64,000 nucleotides of DNA from a virus (taxonomy: Duplodnaviria > Caudoviricetes), in the IMG/VR virus record IMGVR_UViG_3300033562_000989, positions 14,399-78,398 of that record. One strand, 5' to 3'. Both the position numbers and the translations under genes were made by a program. The notes under the pieces are model-generated. The model was not told the DNA's origin, did no database searches, and saw only the letters and a program-made list of their open reading frames with translations. Below are positions 11,442 to 26,400 of the stretch, piece after piece. How positions within the stretch are numbered: the first letter of the stretch is position 1; each line of letters starts with the position of its first letter.

Positions 11442-14400
11442 ATGGAAATAACTAAACCAAATGATATACTTATAGCTACTATAAATAATCCTCTGGCTAC
11501 AACATATGATTTAACTACTATAGATTTAAATCCTATTAACACAGGACTTTTAAGTAAAGACGCTTATAAAAGTACTAAATATATTCAAGATGCTTTTAAG
11601 ACTACAGATGGAAAATTTGATGAAATAGCTTTTAATGAAACATATAATAAGGCTGCAAATCATTACAGTGAAATGAGTAATGATGCCTATTTAAAAGGAT
11701 TAGACGAAGTTACCTATAGCCCTTTTGACGTTACACGTCCAAAAGATGCTAAAACATTTAAAATTGATGTAGAATTTACTAAAGACTTTAATCCCTTTCA
11801 ACAGCTTTATAATAGAACAAGTGTAGGAAGCGTAGATAATAATCCGCTATCATTAAGAGAAATAGCTCAACAAGGTAAAATATTTGATACAAAAGAGAAA
11901 AAATGAAGTGAAACTACAGTAAATGAATTAGGATTACTAGATAAAATATTTGGGGAAACTTTGGTTTATGCTCAATGAGATGATGAAGGTATACATAAAG
12001 ATGTAGAAACTGGATTAAATACTAAACATTCTAAAGGAGATTGAAAGATAAATGATAACGGTAATATATTTGTAGAAACTTTAGGAGATAGAGAGATGTA
12101 TGGAAAGCAAATAGTAAATCCTAAAGATATATTAACTACAGATGGAAGTTTTGCTAATAATTTAGACCTTTTTGATAATGATAATATAGAGAGTAATGCT
12201 ATTAAAACTACTTTTAGATTAGCTGCAGAAATAGCCCCTTTAGTTATTCCTGGAGTTAATTTATATTATGGAGGTGTAAAAGCAGCTATCGGTTTAGCAG
12301 GCGTACTACCAACATTTTATAAATCTTTAGAAGGCATGTTTTTAGGAGATACTAAAACAGGGCTAACAGATTTAGCAACTAAAACAGAGGGATATTTAGC
12401 TAAGTTTAATCAGAAATCTAATTCTGACGAAGCTCAAGGTAGTTTCTTTAATTATGAACAATTAGGTGGTATGGTTGTAGATACTTTTGGACAATTATAC
12501 GAACAAAGGGCAGTTGCATCTTTATCAAAATATTTTGTTAAATCTAAATCCGCTGCTTTATTAGCTAAAGAAGCTGATTTAGAGTCGGAAATAGGGAAAA
12601 GTTTATTTGCAGCATCTAATTCAGGTAAAATAAATTTACTAAATAAAACTGGACAATTAAGTGACGAAGCGGCTAGTTTAGTCAAAGCAGCTAGAGAAAA
12701 ACTTCCAGAATTACAAAGTTTACAAAAATTACAGTCAGGTATAGCTAAATCATTATCGTTAGGATATATGGCTATGACTTCTACAGCTGATATATATGGA
12801 CATGCATTAGAAGTTGGTTATGATAGACGTACAGCAGGATTCTCTGCATTATTAGCAGCTTCTGGGCAATATGGAATCATGATTAATAATAGAATGGGAG
12901 ATTGGTTTTTAGAAGGAACAACTGGATATAGCTTACAAACTAATAAAACTCTTATGCGTAAAGCTGTTAAAGAGTATATGGGAGATATACAAGATGGTTT
13001 TAAAATATTTGGAAAAGATAAAATGGCTGGTAAATTAGCATTTTCTACTATAGCTAAAAATTTTAAAAATACTATTACCGATACATTTACTAATGGTTCT
13101 GTTGTAGGAGAAGCTATGTGAAAAAATGCTATGGTAGAAGGAGTAGAGGAAGTTACAGAACAAGCTGTTTTAGATTCTACTAAAGCTATAGTTGATGCTA
13201 TGTCTTATTTAGGTCTAACAGAAAAGAAAGGTAATTTTAATGCAATTGAAAAAACTTTTAGTAAAGAAGGAGCACAAGAATACTTAGCTAACTTTATAGG
13301 AGGTATTCTAGGAGGAGCTATGTTTGAATTTAATACTTCAAAAATAGAACCTTTATTTAATAAAAATTTAGTAAATCCTATAACTCAAAAATCAGTTCAG
13401 CAATATGTAGCTAATGGACATACCGACCTTTTAATTGATATGGTCAATAAACAAAGGAGCAGATTAGGTAATAACTATTTAAGTCCTGTTCAAGTTGATG
13501 GTATGTATATAGCAGCTGAAAATAATAAATCCCAAGCTGACTTTATAGCAGATAGTACTATAAGTTTTATAAGAAATCAAGACGGTATAATAAATGGAAA
13601 AAATTGAGGGAAATCTGATGCAGAAATTGTAGAAAAAACAATGATGGATCAAATTGCTATTAAAATGTTCCAAGACTCTAAAGGTGAAAATAAAGTTGGT
13701 ATAGAAGGTCTTTTGATAGATGATTTTAATAATAATAGAGAAGAATTTTTAAGAGTAAATGAGAAAATTAAAGATCTTTCTAAAGATACAGTATTAAATA
13801 AAGATGCAATAGCAGAATTAAAAGAAGAGGCTAAAATATATGAAAATAACATAAATGATATGTTAGCTGGTAAAAAAGCAGAGGAATATTTTAATGAAGC
13901 TAGTTTTTATTTTGAAAAAGAAATTAGTGATAATTTTTTAAATATTGATAGAGACAGTTTTTCTAGGGCTAAATATGGAAAAAGCTATAATAATATAAAA
14001 GATTCTGGAGTAGGAGTTACAAAAGAAAGAGTTGATAAAGAATGAAAAGAAGTTTTGAATTCTACAGATGTTAGAAAAAATATTAAGACTGCTTTTAAGG
14101 TTTATTCTGAGATTGAGAAAATGATTAATCCTTCTATTGCTAAATATACAGAAAAAGGTTATTCAGAAGAACATAAAAAATCTTTACAAAATATATTTAA
14201 AACAGTAGCTACTTTAAATTTATATGATGTCAGTAATCCAGAAACTAAAAAAGAAAATATAAGAACTACTTTAGATTCTGCTAAAAAAGTAGAACAGGCT
14301 ACAGGTAAAAGAATCATTCCTTATGATATTTTATCAACTGATTTTGTTGGCCAGTTTTTTAAAATGAACTTATTATCAGATTTAAAAGGTAATGTTTTAA

Positions 14401-17400
14401 CAGAAGAAGAATTAAATAGACCTATTAAAGTAGAAGGACGAGAAGATACTACTATTAAACAAACTATTAGTAATCTTATAGAAAGTATTTTAGTAAAAAG
14501 CCCAAGTACTTCATTTGTATACGATTTAATAGAAAAAGATGCTAATAAAGAAATATTTGATTATAATAATAGTGTTTTATCAGAAATTGAGCATTTAAAA
14601 ACTACTAGAAACGAAGAAAATACAGAAGAAATTGATAAAGAAATAGCATTATTAGAAAATAGTCAAATGAACATTAAGCTATTAACTTATAATGATACTG
14701 ATATTTATAAAGGACTTAAAAGTAGTTTAGATAAAACCTTAACTGATAAATTCGCGGAATTAAAATTAACTGATGAAGATTTAATAGCTCTAAACTCTGT
14801 TACAAATTTAGAAGAAGTAGAGGCTATTAAATTAGAATCTGAAGATATATTAGATGAAAATACAGGAATTACTACAACAGAGTTAAATAAAGAGTCAGCA
14901 ACATCCATGTTTAAATGGATAGAGTTAGATAAATTACGTGACAAAGATGGTAAATCAATATTGGAAGAAATTTACAATGTTTATTTATTAGATCCAACTA
15001 AAGAAAACTTATCAAAATTACAAAGTAATCTAGAAGATACAGTAAAAGAATTGCAAGGAAAAAATAAGATATATAAACAATTTAAAGAGTTTCAATTAAA
15101 AGAAGAGGATAACTTATCTAAAGAATTAGAAAAATCAATGCCTTCATATTTTAGTCCTAAAGGAAATAATTATGCTTTGCCGGCACTTCTAAAAGAAATA
15201 AAAACTAATGGAAACTTAGATAAAGAAGTTTTCAAACTATTAGAAAGTTCTATAGATGATTTACTTCAGCCTATTAAAAATATGTTCTCAGACAATAATT
15301 TTACTAAATTAGAGTTATTAGATATTTTAGAAAATAGTGATGATTATTTTAATACTTTAAACGATGTATTGAATAGTGAGACTGTAGAAAATGATAGTAA
15401 TGCTGCAGAATGAGAACTAACGGCTAGTAAACTACCTAAATATATAAAAGAATCTATTAAATCAAATATAGGAAGTAAAACTACATTTGAAAGTGCTATT
15501 GATTTTCTTGAAAATATACAAACAATATCAGAATTTAAAAAAAATAATAAAGAAGATGTTAATAATATAAAAGAAGTATCTAAAGTATTAGAAGATGCAG
15601 ATAAATTTATTTCTAATAGTTTATACGATTTTATTGAAAATTTTGAAGTAATTTTGACAGGTCAAAAAGATAAATCAGACAGAAAAAGTAGTATAATGAC
15701 AATTCTTAAAAACGAAGAATTTTCTCTTTTTAAGGCTTCTGACATCACTAATTATTCTGCTCAGGGGATACGTTCAAAAGATATTGATCAGGTCTTAAAT
15801 ACTCTTAATTTGATAAAATCAGTAGTTAAAAGTATGAGTACTACAGAAATTTCTATGGATAGTTCAACTAATGGTTTTTTAGCTATGCGTCAAAATTTTA
15901 TTGAAAGGAATAAATTAAAATCTGATGTATCATCTTTAAAAACAATTACAAGCGATACTGCTAATATGATGTTATTGGATCTAGCTAGAATTGAAAGTAA
16001 ATTAAAATACTTACAAGAATTATCTAAATTTAATTCTGGCAAATTATTTAATGAGTCAGAAGAAATCAGAAATAGAGCTAGTCAACTTTTTCATAAAGGA
16101 TGAGTTGAATTATCTAAGAAATCATTAATGTTTAAAGGAAAACCTGTTATACCAGATCTATCTAATATACTAAGTTCAAATGATTCTAAAGAAAAACAAT
16201 TATTAAATATTAAAGATGTGTTTTTTCATCATCATATAGGTTTAAATGATGATGAAAAAATAGAATTATTAAAAATTATTAAAGAAGGATACCCACATTA
16301 TAATATATATGATGGCTTATACGATAAGAATGGGGAAGATGAGTTCACTAAAGAAATGAAAGAGTTAAGTAATCATGACTTTTTCTGATCTCTAGCTTCG
16401 TCTTTAGTAGTAAATAGTAAAGATATTTACAGAAAAATTTTAAGTAATTTAAAAGGAGAATTTGATAAAGCTCCATTTTATACACAAGAATTAGCTGCAG
16501 AAATGTTATATGCTTCTATTGTAGCTCCTAAAATATTTAGTGAGTTATTAAAAGATGATATTCATACTAGTACTCATTTAACTGATTTTATAACTTTTGT
16601 GCTTGGAAATGCAGGTACAGGAAAAACTACAGTAGAGTATAAATTACTTATGCTTATGTTAAAAGAAAATAATCCTAATTTATCTGTCTGATTTAATGCT
16701 CCTACAACTTCACAAGCTGAAAAGCTGATGAACGATGTTATTACTGGATTAGATATTGATAAATTTACTATAAATACTTTAGACAAATCTGCTTTATTTG
16801 AAAGGTTGGGTTTAACTGAATTATGAAATAAAATAAAAAGTTATAATAGAACTGACGAAGGATTTATTAAATATGACAAAAACATAGATAAATATGTTTT
16901 ATCTTCAATAGAAGATGATCTTAAAGCTATTAAATTAACAGATTTGCCTAATTTAATTTTAATAGATGAAACTACACATTATAATGCTTTAGAGTTAGAA
17001 CTTTTAAATAGTTTATCTAAACATTTATATAATAATGGTAAATATATGAAAATAGTTTCAGCAGGAGATCCTACTCAAAGAGGGGCTAAATTTAATGATA
17101 TAAGTTATAATGTAGATAGAGTTACCGCATTTTATACTCCTATTTTAAATTTAACTGTAAGAGCTTCTAATGACAAAAAAAGAGAAAATAATGATAGTTT
17201 ATCAGCAATAGTTAAAAAAGCAACTAGTATATTTGAAAATGTAAAAGATTCTCCAAAAATATTAAGTTTATTAGATAAAGGAGTGAATTTTAAGTATTAT
17301 TTTGATGCCCAGACAATTAATGGGGATATGTTAACTAATACAGAAGAAATTCAAAGTAGTATTGTAACTACTTTAAAAAATATAATAATTAAAAAACCTA

Positions 17401-20400
17401 CTACTAAAATAGGAATACTTTCAAAAGATGGTAAATTGTCTGAAGATTTAACTAAAAAATTTGAAGTTGCTGGTATAACCTCTACTAATTATGTAGTTTA
17501 TACTCCAGAAAATGTACAAGGTTCAGAATCAGATTATTTTATTTTTAATATTAATGATACATCTGATACCCATGTTATGTCTGCATTAAGAAATTTATAT
17601 ACTTATATGTCAAGAGCTAAACATGGTAGTATTATTTTAGGAAATTCTAAAACTGCTAAAAATAAGGCAGATGATACAGTAATTCCAATTATTAGTACAA
17701 AAGAAGATTATACTGAACCCTTCGAAGCAATGTCTCCAGATATTATTAAAGAAATAAAATTAAGTAAAATAACACAATTAGAAGAATTACTTGATGGAGA
17801 ATTTGATACAAAGTATGATAATTTCAAATTTGACAAGGATAAAGAAGCTAAAATTAGCATTATTGAAGGAGAATCTAGTATAGAAATAGAAGAAGAAGAG
17901 TTAGCAGAGGATGAACAATTTAAAGGGAAACAAAAACCTGAAAAAGGTAAATTTTTACCAGACGAATCTAAACTAATGCTTCATACTTTTTATAATGATT
18001 TAAATGTAAAAATTGAAGATTTAGGTAATGGTAATGTTAAGATTTTTAAAAATATAGACAATTCTTTAAATACAGGACTTGGATTTCTTTTTGAAGAAGG
18101 TGAAAATGAACTAACAATTACTAAAGAAGAATTTGATAAAATAGCTACTCAATTAATAACATTAAAATATAAAGTATTAGGAGATTTAAAAAATAAGAAA
18201 TTAACATCTTCTATATTAATGACCCATGATAAACTTTTTAATGGAGCAAACAAAATTGAGAAAAACATTATCATAAGAAAAACTAAATTTAATGAAGTAT
18301 ATAATAAGCCATATAAAAAAGAATTAGATGATGAGGATAAACATCTAAAATTTAATGATGCATATCCGAATTTATATTTAAAAGTTACAACTAAAAATAA
18401 AACATATTATTTACATTTAGGAACGTTGCCGGCTTTAGAAACTGTTAAAAGTTCATTCGGACCATATAGTGAAACTAATAAATATTATGAAGAATATTTA
18501 AAAGATAGTATAGATGAAGATATAATTATTCCAGATGAAAAAGTAGGGTTCTTTACGAACACTAGACTTTTATATCATAAAGATGATAAAGGTAATAGAA
18601 TTAAAATACAAAATATAAATTCTAAAGAATTAAAAGATTTAAGTAATAAAGGAACATCTTTAGAAAATCTTTTAGAAAAATTTCCAGGATTGACTTTTTT
18701 TGATGGTAAAAATTTTTCAAGTGAACCTACTATTAAATTATATCCAAATACTTTAAAAGAATATATCCAGATTTTTAAAAATGTAGTATTTAATGGAGAA
18801 GTACAAACAGATGAAGTTCTAGAAGCTAGATTTAGGTTGGATAGTGGTAAGCCTTATGTAAGTGTATCTTATGTTCAAAGTAAAAATCAAGTAAGACATA
18901 TAAAATTAATATCTTCTAATAAAAAAATATCTCAATTAAAAGAATTATTTAGAAATCCATTTAATAGAGAAAATTCTGAAAACTTAAGTAAAATTATTAA
19001 AAGTTCTGCAGCAGAAAAACCAATTGCCCTAAAAATAGGAGAAAGTATGTTTAGTGGCTCTCAAGTATTAGATATGCTAATAAATTTAGCTGTTGATAAA
19101 CCAGAATTATTTAAACAATTTTTTAATAAAGGAGAAGAATTTTTAAAAGTTATAAAAGAAACTTTAGAAAAAGATAAAAGTAATAAAACAGACAATGTAG
19201 GAAATTTATTTGAAACTTTATTTAATGAAGATGATTTTACTAAATATAAAAAAGATTTAATAGCAACTATTTTTTATGAGCCAGAAGATGGTAAATTAAG
19301 AGAAGTTTTATCTAATATACGAGAAGAATTAGATAAAAATGCAGATATAGATAAAGAAAAATTAAGAGCAAAGTTGCTACCTAAAGTATCAGGAGGATCT
19401 AATAAATATTGATTTCACAAATTTTGAAATATTATAAGAGTTGCAGTAGAATCTGAAACTGTAATTCTAAAAGACACTCTTTTATTAGAAAAAACAAAAT
19501 CTTTCTCTAAAATTGTTAATGATATGGTAAATTATTGAGGAGAAAATCCAGGAATTTTTTACTATAATTTACCTATAACTGTAGCTACAAAAGGAACTTC
19601 TAATATAAAGCCTTTTGATTTATTTACCAATAAGGAAAACCTTTATACTACTTTAGTGCCAGAAGGTCCAAGAATGTTCTTAGATTTAAAAGAAATATTT
19701 AAAGCTGCAAAAAAGAAAAGTTTACCTCCAACACCTCCAGAAGAAACTGCAGAAGAAACCGCTTTAAGAGAAATGAATGAGAAAAAAGAAAATCTGTCTA
19801 ATGAAATTGTAAATAATGCTACTACTGATCAAGTATATGAATTAGGCTTTACAGGTGAAATTGGAGATAATAGAATTAATTTTAAAACTTGATTATTAGA
19901 GCAATCTGTAGAAACTTTAGAAAAATTCCTAGAAACATTAAATGAAGAAGGGGAAGAAGAAGTAGAAGAAATTGACTTAGAAAAAAATAAAAAAAGAGTT
20001 TCATTTATTTTTAATAATTTCATATTAGAAGATGATGTTAATGGAGGAAAAGCACATCACTCCACTATGTCTAAATTATTTAAAGACAATTCTAGGTTAG
20101 CTTTAAAAATTTTAGAGAATTTAGACCAAGAATTTAAATTGCCTACTATATTATTACCTGGAATGAATGATACTTTAGATAAGCTTGTTGAAAATTTAGG
20201 CACAGAAGAAATACCGATGTATGATATATTAGAACAACTAGGAGAATTATTTAGTAGCGAATATGATATTGAAATAGATAATGATGATTCTGCTGCTGAA
20301 TTGACTTCAATATTTAAAGAATTATTTCCAGAAGAAGAAGTAACTAACTCTCATTTTACAGAATGTGCCGTAGTAAACAATGAGGTAATAGATAACAGCC

Positions 20401-20411
20401 CTCCATTTTAA
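11442..20411 (+). CDS. Giant ejection-type protein with SF1 helicase-like domain, 2989 aa, TGA=Trp
   Basis: Frame 3 is continuous with TGA read-through. Motifs: Walker A GNAGTGKT (16605-16628), LILIDETT, AGDPTQ, VQGSESDY, YTYMSRAK. Confidence 0.8.
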
Positions 20412-20437
20412 TTATAAATAATAAAAAAACAACCAAT

Positions 20438-23400
20438 ATGAGTAATTGCGATATAAATAAGCAAAAACAAATAATAAATACACTGACTATAATGCTTCCT
20501 AAAAATGAATCGACTTTGCTAGAAATAGCAAAGTCGATTTATCCAGGAAAATATAGTTCATTAGAATTACTAAATGAATTTAAAGATAGTAAATATTTTA
20601 CTAAATTAAATAGTTTTTACAATTTTGCTAATATTTCTACAACTTCTCCTAATATATTAATAATAGCTCCTAAAGCTAAAGATACTAAATTAGAAGAAAA
20701 ATATATGACTAATATAGCTACTAATTTTACTTCTCCTACTTTAGGTGACTTATTTGATAGTATGCCATTAGCTGAAAAATATTTTGAACAAAGTATGAAT
20801 GAAAAGCTTTTAAAAGCTGTATTAATAGGTAAACAATCAAGTGACGTGTATGTTACTTCAAAAGCTGATTTAAATAAAAATGTATTAATTTTAAAAAATG
20901 AGTTATTTAATAATATAGTAAAGTTTTTAAGAGTTAGAGGTATTTCTATTGAAGGTTCAACGGATTTATATAATATATCTTCTGGAAAATTTGTAAACTT
21001 TGAGAAATATTCGGAGGTATTAAAAAAATTAGAGACATGGTTTAAAGAAAATAGAACTATGATAGACACTGCTACACAAAGAGAGATACCTTCTTTAAGT
21101 GTTAATTTATCAAGTAATGCTGATAGGACAGTTTTAGATGCTTATAATGCTGCTATAATGCTTTCTAATTTTGACAATGTGATTTTTAAAAAATTTAAAA
21201 ATATACTTAAGTTAGATTTTTCTACTTTTAATGAGTTTGATGGCCCTTTAAAAGGGAATAAATATGAATTTGGAACTAAGGGTTTAGAGACAACTTACTG
21301 GTTAGGAGATGACCAACAATCAGAATCTGCTGAAGTTTTTTTAGATGATTATTCAAAAAGTATTATAGGATTAGTAAGAGTAGTAGATAAAAATAATAAT
21401 TTTACTGGTGAATATTTAGAAGCGAAAGATTTTTATAGTTTAGCTTCATTTATAAATACTTTTGAATTAGAAAATTTTACAGAATTAAATAAAGATGAAG
21501 AATGGCTATCTTTAAATGAAGATCCTGTAGGAACTTTTAAAGTATATCTAAAAAGAATTCTTGAAAATTATGAAAATCACTTTAAAGAGGGAATTTTAGA
21601 AAATAATACAGTAGAATCACAAAAATATGCAGTATTTAAATCTTCTATAAATAAAATTAAAAGTATAAGTGAATTTTTAGAAGAAATTAAAGTTAAAGAA
21701 GCTAATTCTAATGTGCAGCCAATTATTTCAGTATTTACTCAAGTATTAAATAACAGTTTTGGGGCTAATTATTTAGTAAATAATAGCAATACACAGGAAA
21801 CAGAAATAAAAGAAATGCATTCACATAATGCTAATAGAGTTAAATTATTTAATGATTTATATGCATTTCTAAAAGCCAGAGTGAAAAATCCTAAAAACTT
21901 TTATATTGGAGGTACTTCAGAAACAAAACCTAATTTAACTACAGAAAAAGACTTTTTAAATAAACTAGTAAATAATGATGATGTATCAGATTTAAGATTT
22001 TTTATTCATAAAATTACAGGTAAATTTTTAACAGAAGATGGAGTTGAAAGATTAAAAGCTATAAAAGGAAATAAACAAAATAATGGAGAAATGAATTATG
22101 GGTCTCTAGTAGATGATTTACATAGTTATTTAAAAGCTGTCAGATCTCCAATTGAAACAGGAGGTCAATCTGTTTTACAAAAAATTATAGCAAATGAAGA
22201 TAGTGTTTTAAATAATGAGTATAGTGCAGTAGAAAGTAATGCTAACATTATTGAAAATGCTTCTAAAAGTTTACAAACTATTTTCGATATCTACTTAGAA
22301 GATTTTGTTTTAAAACCAATAACAACTATTTCTACTTTATCTGGGGAAAAAATACCTGTATGAAAAACTCCTAATGTAATGTACAATGATGTAGAAAATT
22401 TATTAACACGTAGTAGAGTAGAAAAATCAAAAGAACATGACGACAATGCTTATGAAAATTTATTTGTAAAATATGGTGGTTTAAAAGGGACTTCAACAAA
22501 ATTAGAAGTCATAAATAGAAGTAATAATAAAGCTTCTAGTGCATACAATGTTGCAGAACATTTTATAAGTAGTTTTCAATATGAATTTTTAAATAGTTTT
22601 GATGCTAAAAAAAATATTGATATTGATGGTAGAATACATGTAATGATTGGTAATTATGCAGATAAATCTACTATTGTTGCTAAAATGATAGATAGGCATT
22701 TAAAAGTTAAAATAGACGAAAAAGATAAATTTATAATAGGGCATAACGAAGGAAAAAATGTAGCTACTCAAGCAGAGTTACAAGAATTAGTTAGAAGTCA
22801 AAGTGCTAAATATTATACAGGTTTAGTAAACACAATTTTTGATAAATATAAAGAAATTGGAGTTACAATAATAGATGGAGATATAATTGGCAATATTAAT
22901 AAAATCAATGAATTTTTAGGAATTTTTCAAGATCAAGATGAATTTTTAGTTTTTTTACAAAAACATAATGTAGATATAGTTGAAGAATTAGACTATTCTA
23001 CATATTTAACTTTTAATAATAAAACTAATAAATATGATAAAAGATTAGCATTAAATCAAACAATCGTTGATTACAGTAAAATATACGGATCTAAAGAAGA
23101 ATTTAATAAGTTTGTAAACTTCCAAGAAGATAATTTTGCTGAAAAATTAGAACTATTAAAAGGAAAAAATATTCTAATTGGGTCTGATGGAACTAATGGA
23201 GGTAATTTTGAAAAAATTAGAAATAATTATGAAAATTATTTAAATTCTTTTGGAATTACTGCTAAAGAAATGAAAAATTTTGAACTTCATAATGAAGATA
23301 AAGAATTAGTAGGATTAAAAATTGTAAATGAAGAAGGTGAATTAAATCCATTAGCTAAAAGATGGATGTGGAGTAATGCTTTAATTAGAAATGAATATTT

Positions 23401-26400
23401 ATATATTACAGTGAAACCTGAGTACATGCACCCTCATAAAATGAAACTTAATTTTAGAGGAGATAATGTAGCTGTAGATTATAATCAATTTGAATTAGAA
23501 AGTAGTGGTAGGCTTATCATGCAAGCTAAGCGTAATGTATCTTATACTGGTACAATAGAAAGGCCTAAAAGAAATGATAGGTTAGGAGTTACAGATAATG
23601 TAAATGTATCTATAATAAAAGATTTAAAAACTGATCTTTATAATTTATCAGGAGATACACATAATCAAGAAATTCATGATGGATCTAGCAAAATAAATTA
23701 TTTATACAGTAAAATGGTTGATAATTCGTATCCTGGTAAGAATTATGAAGGCACTAAGAAACAATTAGGTACATTTTCTAATGAATACGGGAGTGCTTTG
23801 AAAAAAGATGCTGAAACAGTATTAGATAATAAAAGTATGCTTTCTAGTAATAAATCTTCTGTAAAATTAAAAAATTTACATAAAAAAATGTTATCTAGTA
23901 GTACTATAAAATTTCCTACATTATCAACTAGTTTATCTTTAAACAATACATTTCTTAGAAATGGAGAGTACATTAGAATAAATAAAATAAGCATATCAGG
24001 AACAAATGTTGCATTAGAAACTTCTACAGTAGATCCAATTACTAAAAAAACTATTAAAAATGTTGGGATTGAAAATTATGAAGGAATAGATAATTTATAT
24101 AAATTATGGGAATTATTAGGAGCAGAATATTCAGTTGATGAAAATTTGAACTTTTCTGAAGGATCAAATGACTTACTATTTAATTTAATAACTCATAAAT
24201 CTTTAGATATAAATGATGTTAAAATGTTAAAATCTTCTATGATACATATAGCATCTAATGCATCTGCATTTAAATCTGGAGCTATAAATTTAAATCCTAG
24301 TACAGTATATACTGACAATAATAAGTTAAAATATACAACATTTGAAAACAGGCACATGGGTCCTCAATTAGATGCTAAGCATCATGCAGATGCTTCAAAA
24401 GTTAAAGAAATTACACAGTTGATTTCAGCATTATCTCAAAATCCAACAACTGCTTATATTGCTGAAGAAATTTATAATGATTTAGCTAGAATAATTGAAG
24501 TAAGTTCATCAAAATATTTAGACAATATTAAAGACCTTACTCCAACAAAAAGACAAGCTTTTTATAAACAATTATCACAACAATTTTCTAAAGCACTAGC
24601 AACTAGTAATGAAACAAATTTAGCTTCTATTATATCATCTACTTTTAAATTTGACGATGTTTTACCTATTAGTAATCAAAATTTCTTTAACCAATTTGTA
24701 AAGACAATGGTTACTAAAATGAATAACGAATTTATTACAAGATATTATACAGGATTAGGAGTTGTATTAAATCCATCACATGGTATAATACAAGTATATG
24801 AAGATGTTAATGGTAATATATATCAACAGGAAGATATTCTTAAAAAAGCCATAATTGATCATAGAAATAATCCAAATAAGCTAAATAAATCTAATGAGCA
24901 AATATTAGAAGATTACATACAAGAAAATTTTAAATCACTCCCAACAACTTGAGATAAAATTAAACTTGGAGATACTGTTTTAGTATCAGAAGAAGTTGAA
25001 GATTATGATCCATTAGACCATAGTTTAATTGCTGATGATATTAATATTAAAGAAAATACTAAAGCTTGAAGAGATGATTCTACAAAAATTAATAAAACTT
25101 ATGAATTTAGTTTTGTTGATAAACCAAAGGAAATATTTGAATTAGTTAAAGATTTAGAGGATGATTATTATTCTATTCATTTTAAAACATCTGGTAAAGA
25201 TAGTTTAACAAATATAGAAAAGGAAAGATTAATTGGAAATATTTATTCATTCTTACCACCTAAAGCTAAAATATCTACTTGAGGTGATATAACAAAAGGT
25301 GGTATATCTGGTTTAAAAAGATTTTTAAATACAGGAATGATTGAATCTGGAGAAACTAGAACAGTTAAGTCTGAAGGAAAATCTATTGAATTACCTATTT
25401 ATAAATTTCCAACTAAAATAGTAGAAAAACCAATTACATTATCCACTCCAGAACTTTATTATAAATATAAAAATTCTACTGCAACTGTATCTAAAATTTA
25501 TAGCAGTCCAAGAGATTTAAATCCTTCTGAAACTAGTTTTGATATTTTAGAAAACTATATTGATGAGAGTGGAGTTATAGTTCCTAAACAAATTACTAAA
25601 AATATGTTTGACTTAGATTCCATAAGGTTACGTTATATGTTTGAAATGGCAGAAGATCAAATTAGTCAAAAAGATGCTATAATTTTAAATAACTTTAAAA
25701 CATATCTTCAAAATACTTTTAATGTAAATCTTAATAACAAAAAAGCTATTTCTAAGTATTTAACAGCTTGAACTAATAGAAACCTTCAATTAATGGATAA
25801 TAATTTTATATTACCAACTGTTAATGAAAATACTGTTTTTAATGATTACTTTGGAAATGATGATTTACTTAGAACTAACTTTAAAGATGTAAAAGCATTT
25901 TATACACAAAAAGCTACTCCTATTTTAAATTATAGATTTAAACCAGCAGAAATAATAATGCCTAATATTCATAAAACAGCTTTTGATGTAGGAGATTCTA
26001 CTATAAGTGAAATAAAAGAATTAGGATCTAGTTATTTTAAAAATAAGCTAGAGAAAAATCTTTATTCACATAAGGATGATAGAGAAGTAGATTTTAAAAT
26101 AAAAGTAGGAAAAAAAGATGTTTATATTAAATTTGTTAGTGAATTTCCTAGCAAAATAGAAAATAATAACATATTTGATAATGAATATAATGAAAAAACA
26201 GATACTTTTATAAAGTATCGTTTAAGTGATACTGGTGAAAGACTGTATATAAAACCACCTAATTCAAAAATATTAGTAGATAGTTCAGGAAATGATACTA
26301 TTTATATAAAAGTAGCTAAAGTAAGTCGTGGAATAGATAAAAATGGTGAAAATACTAATGAAAGAGTTAATTTATATGATCAATCTCTTTCAATTAATCT

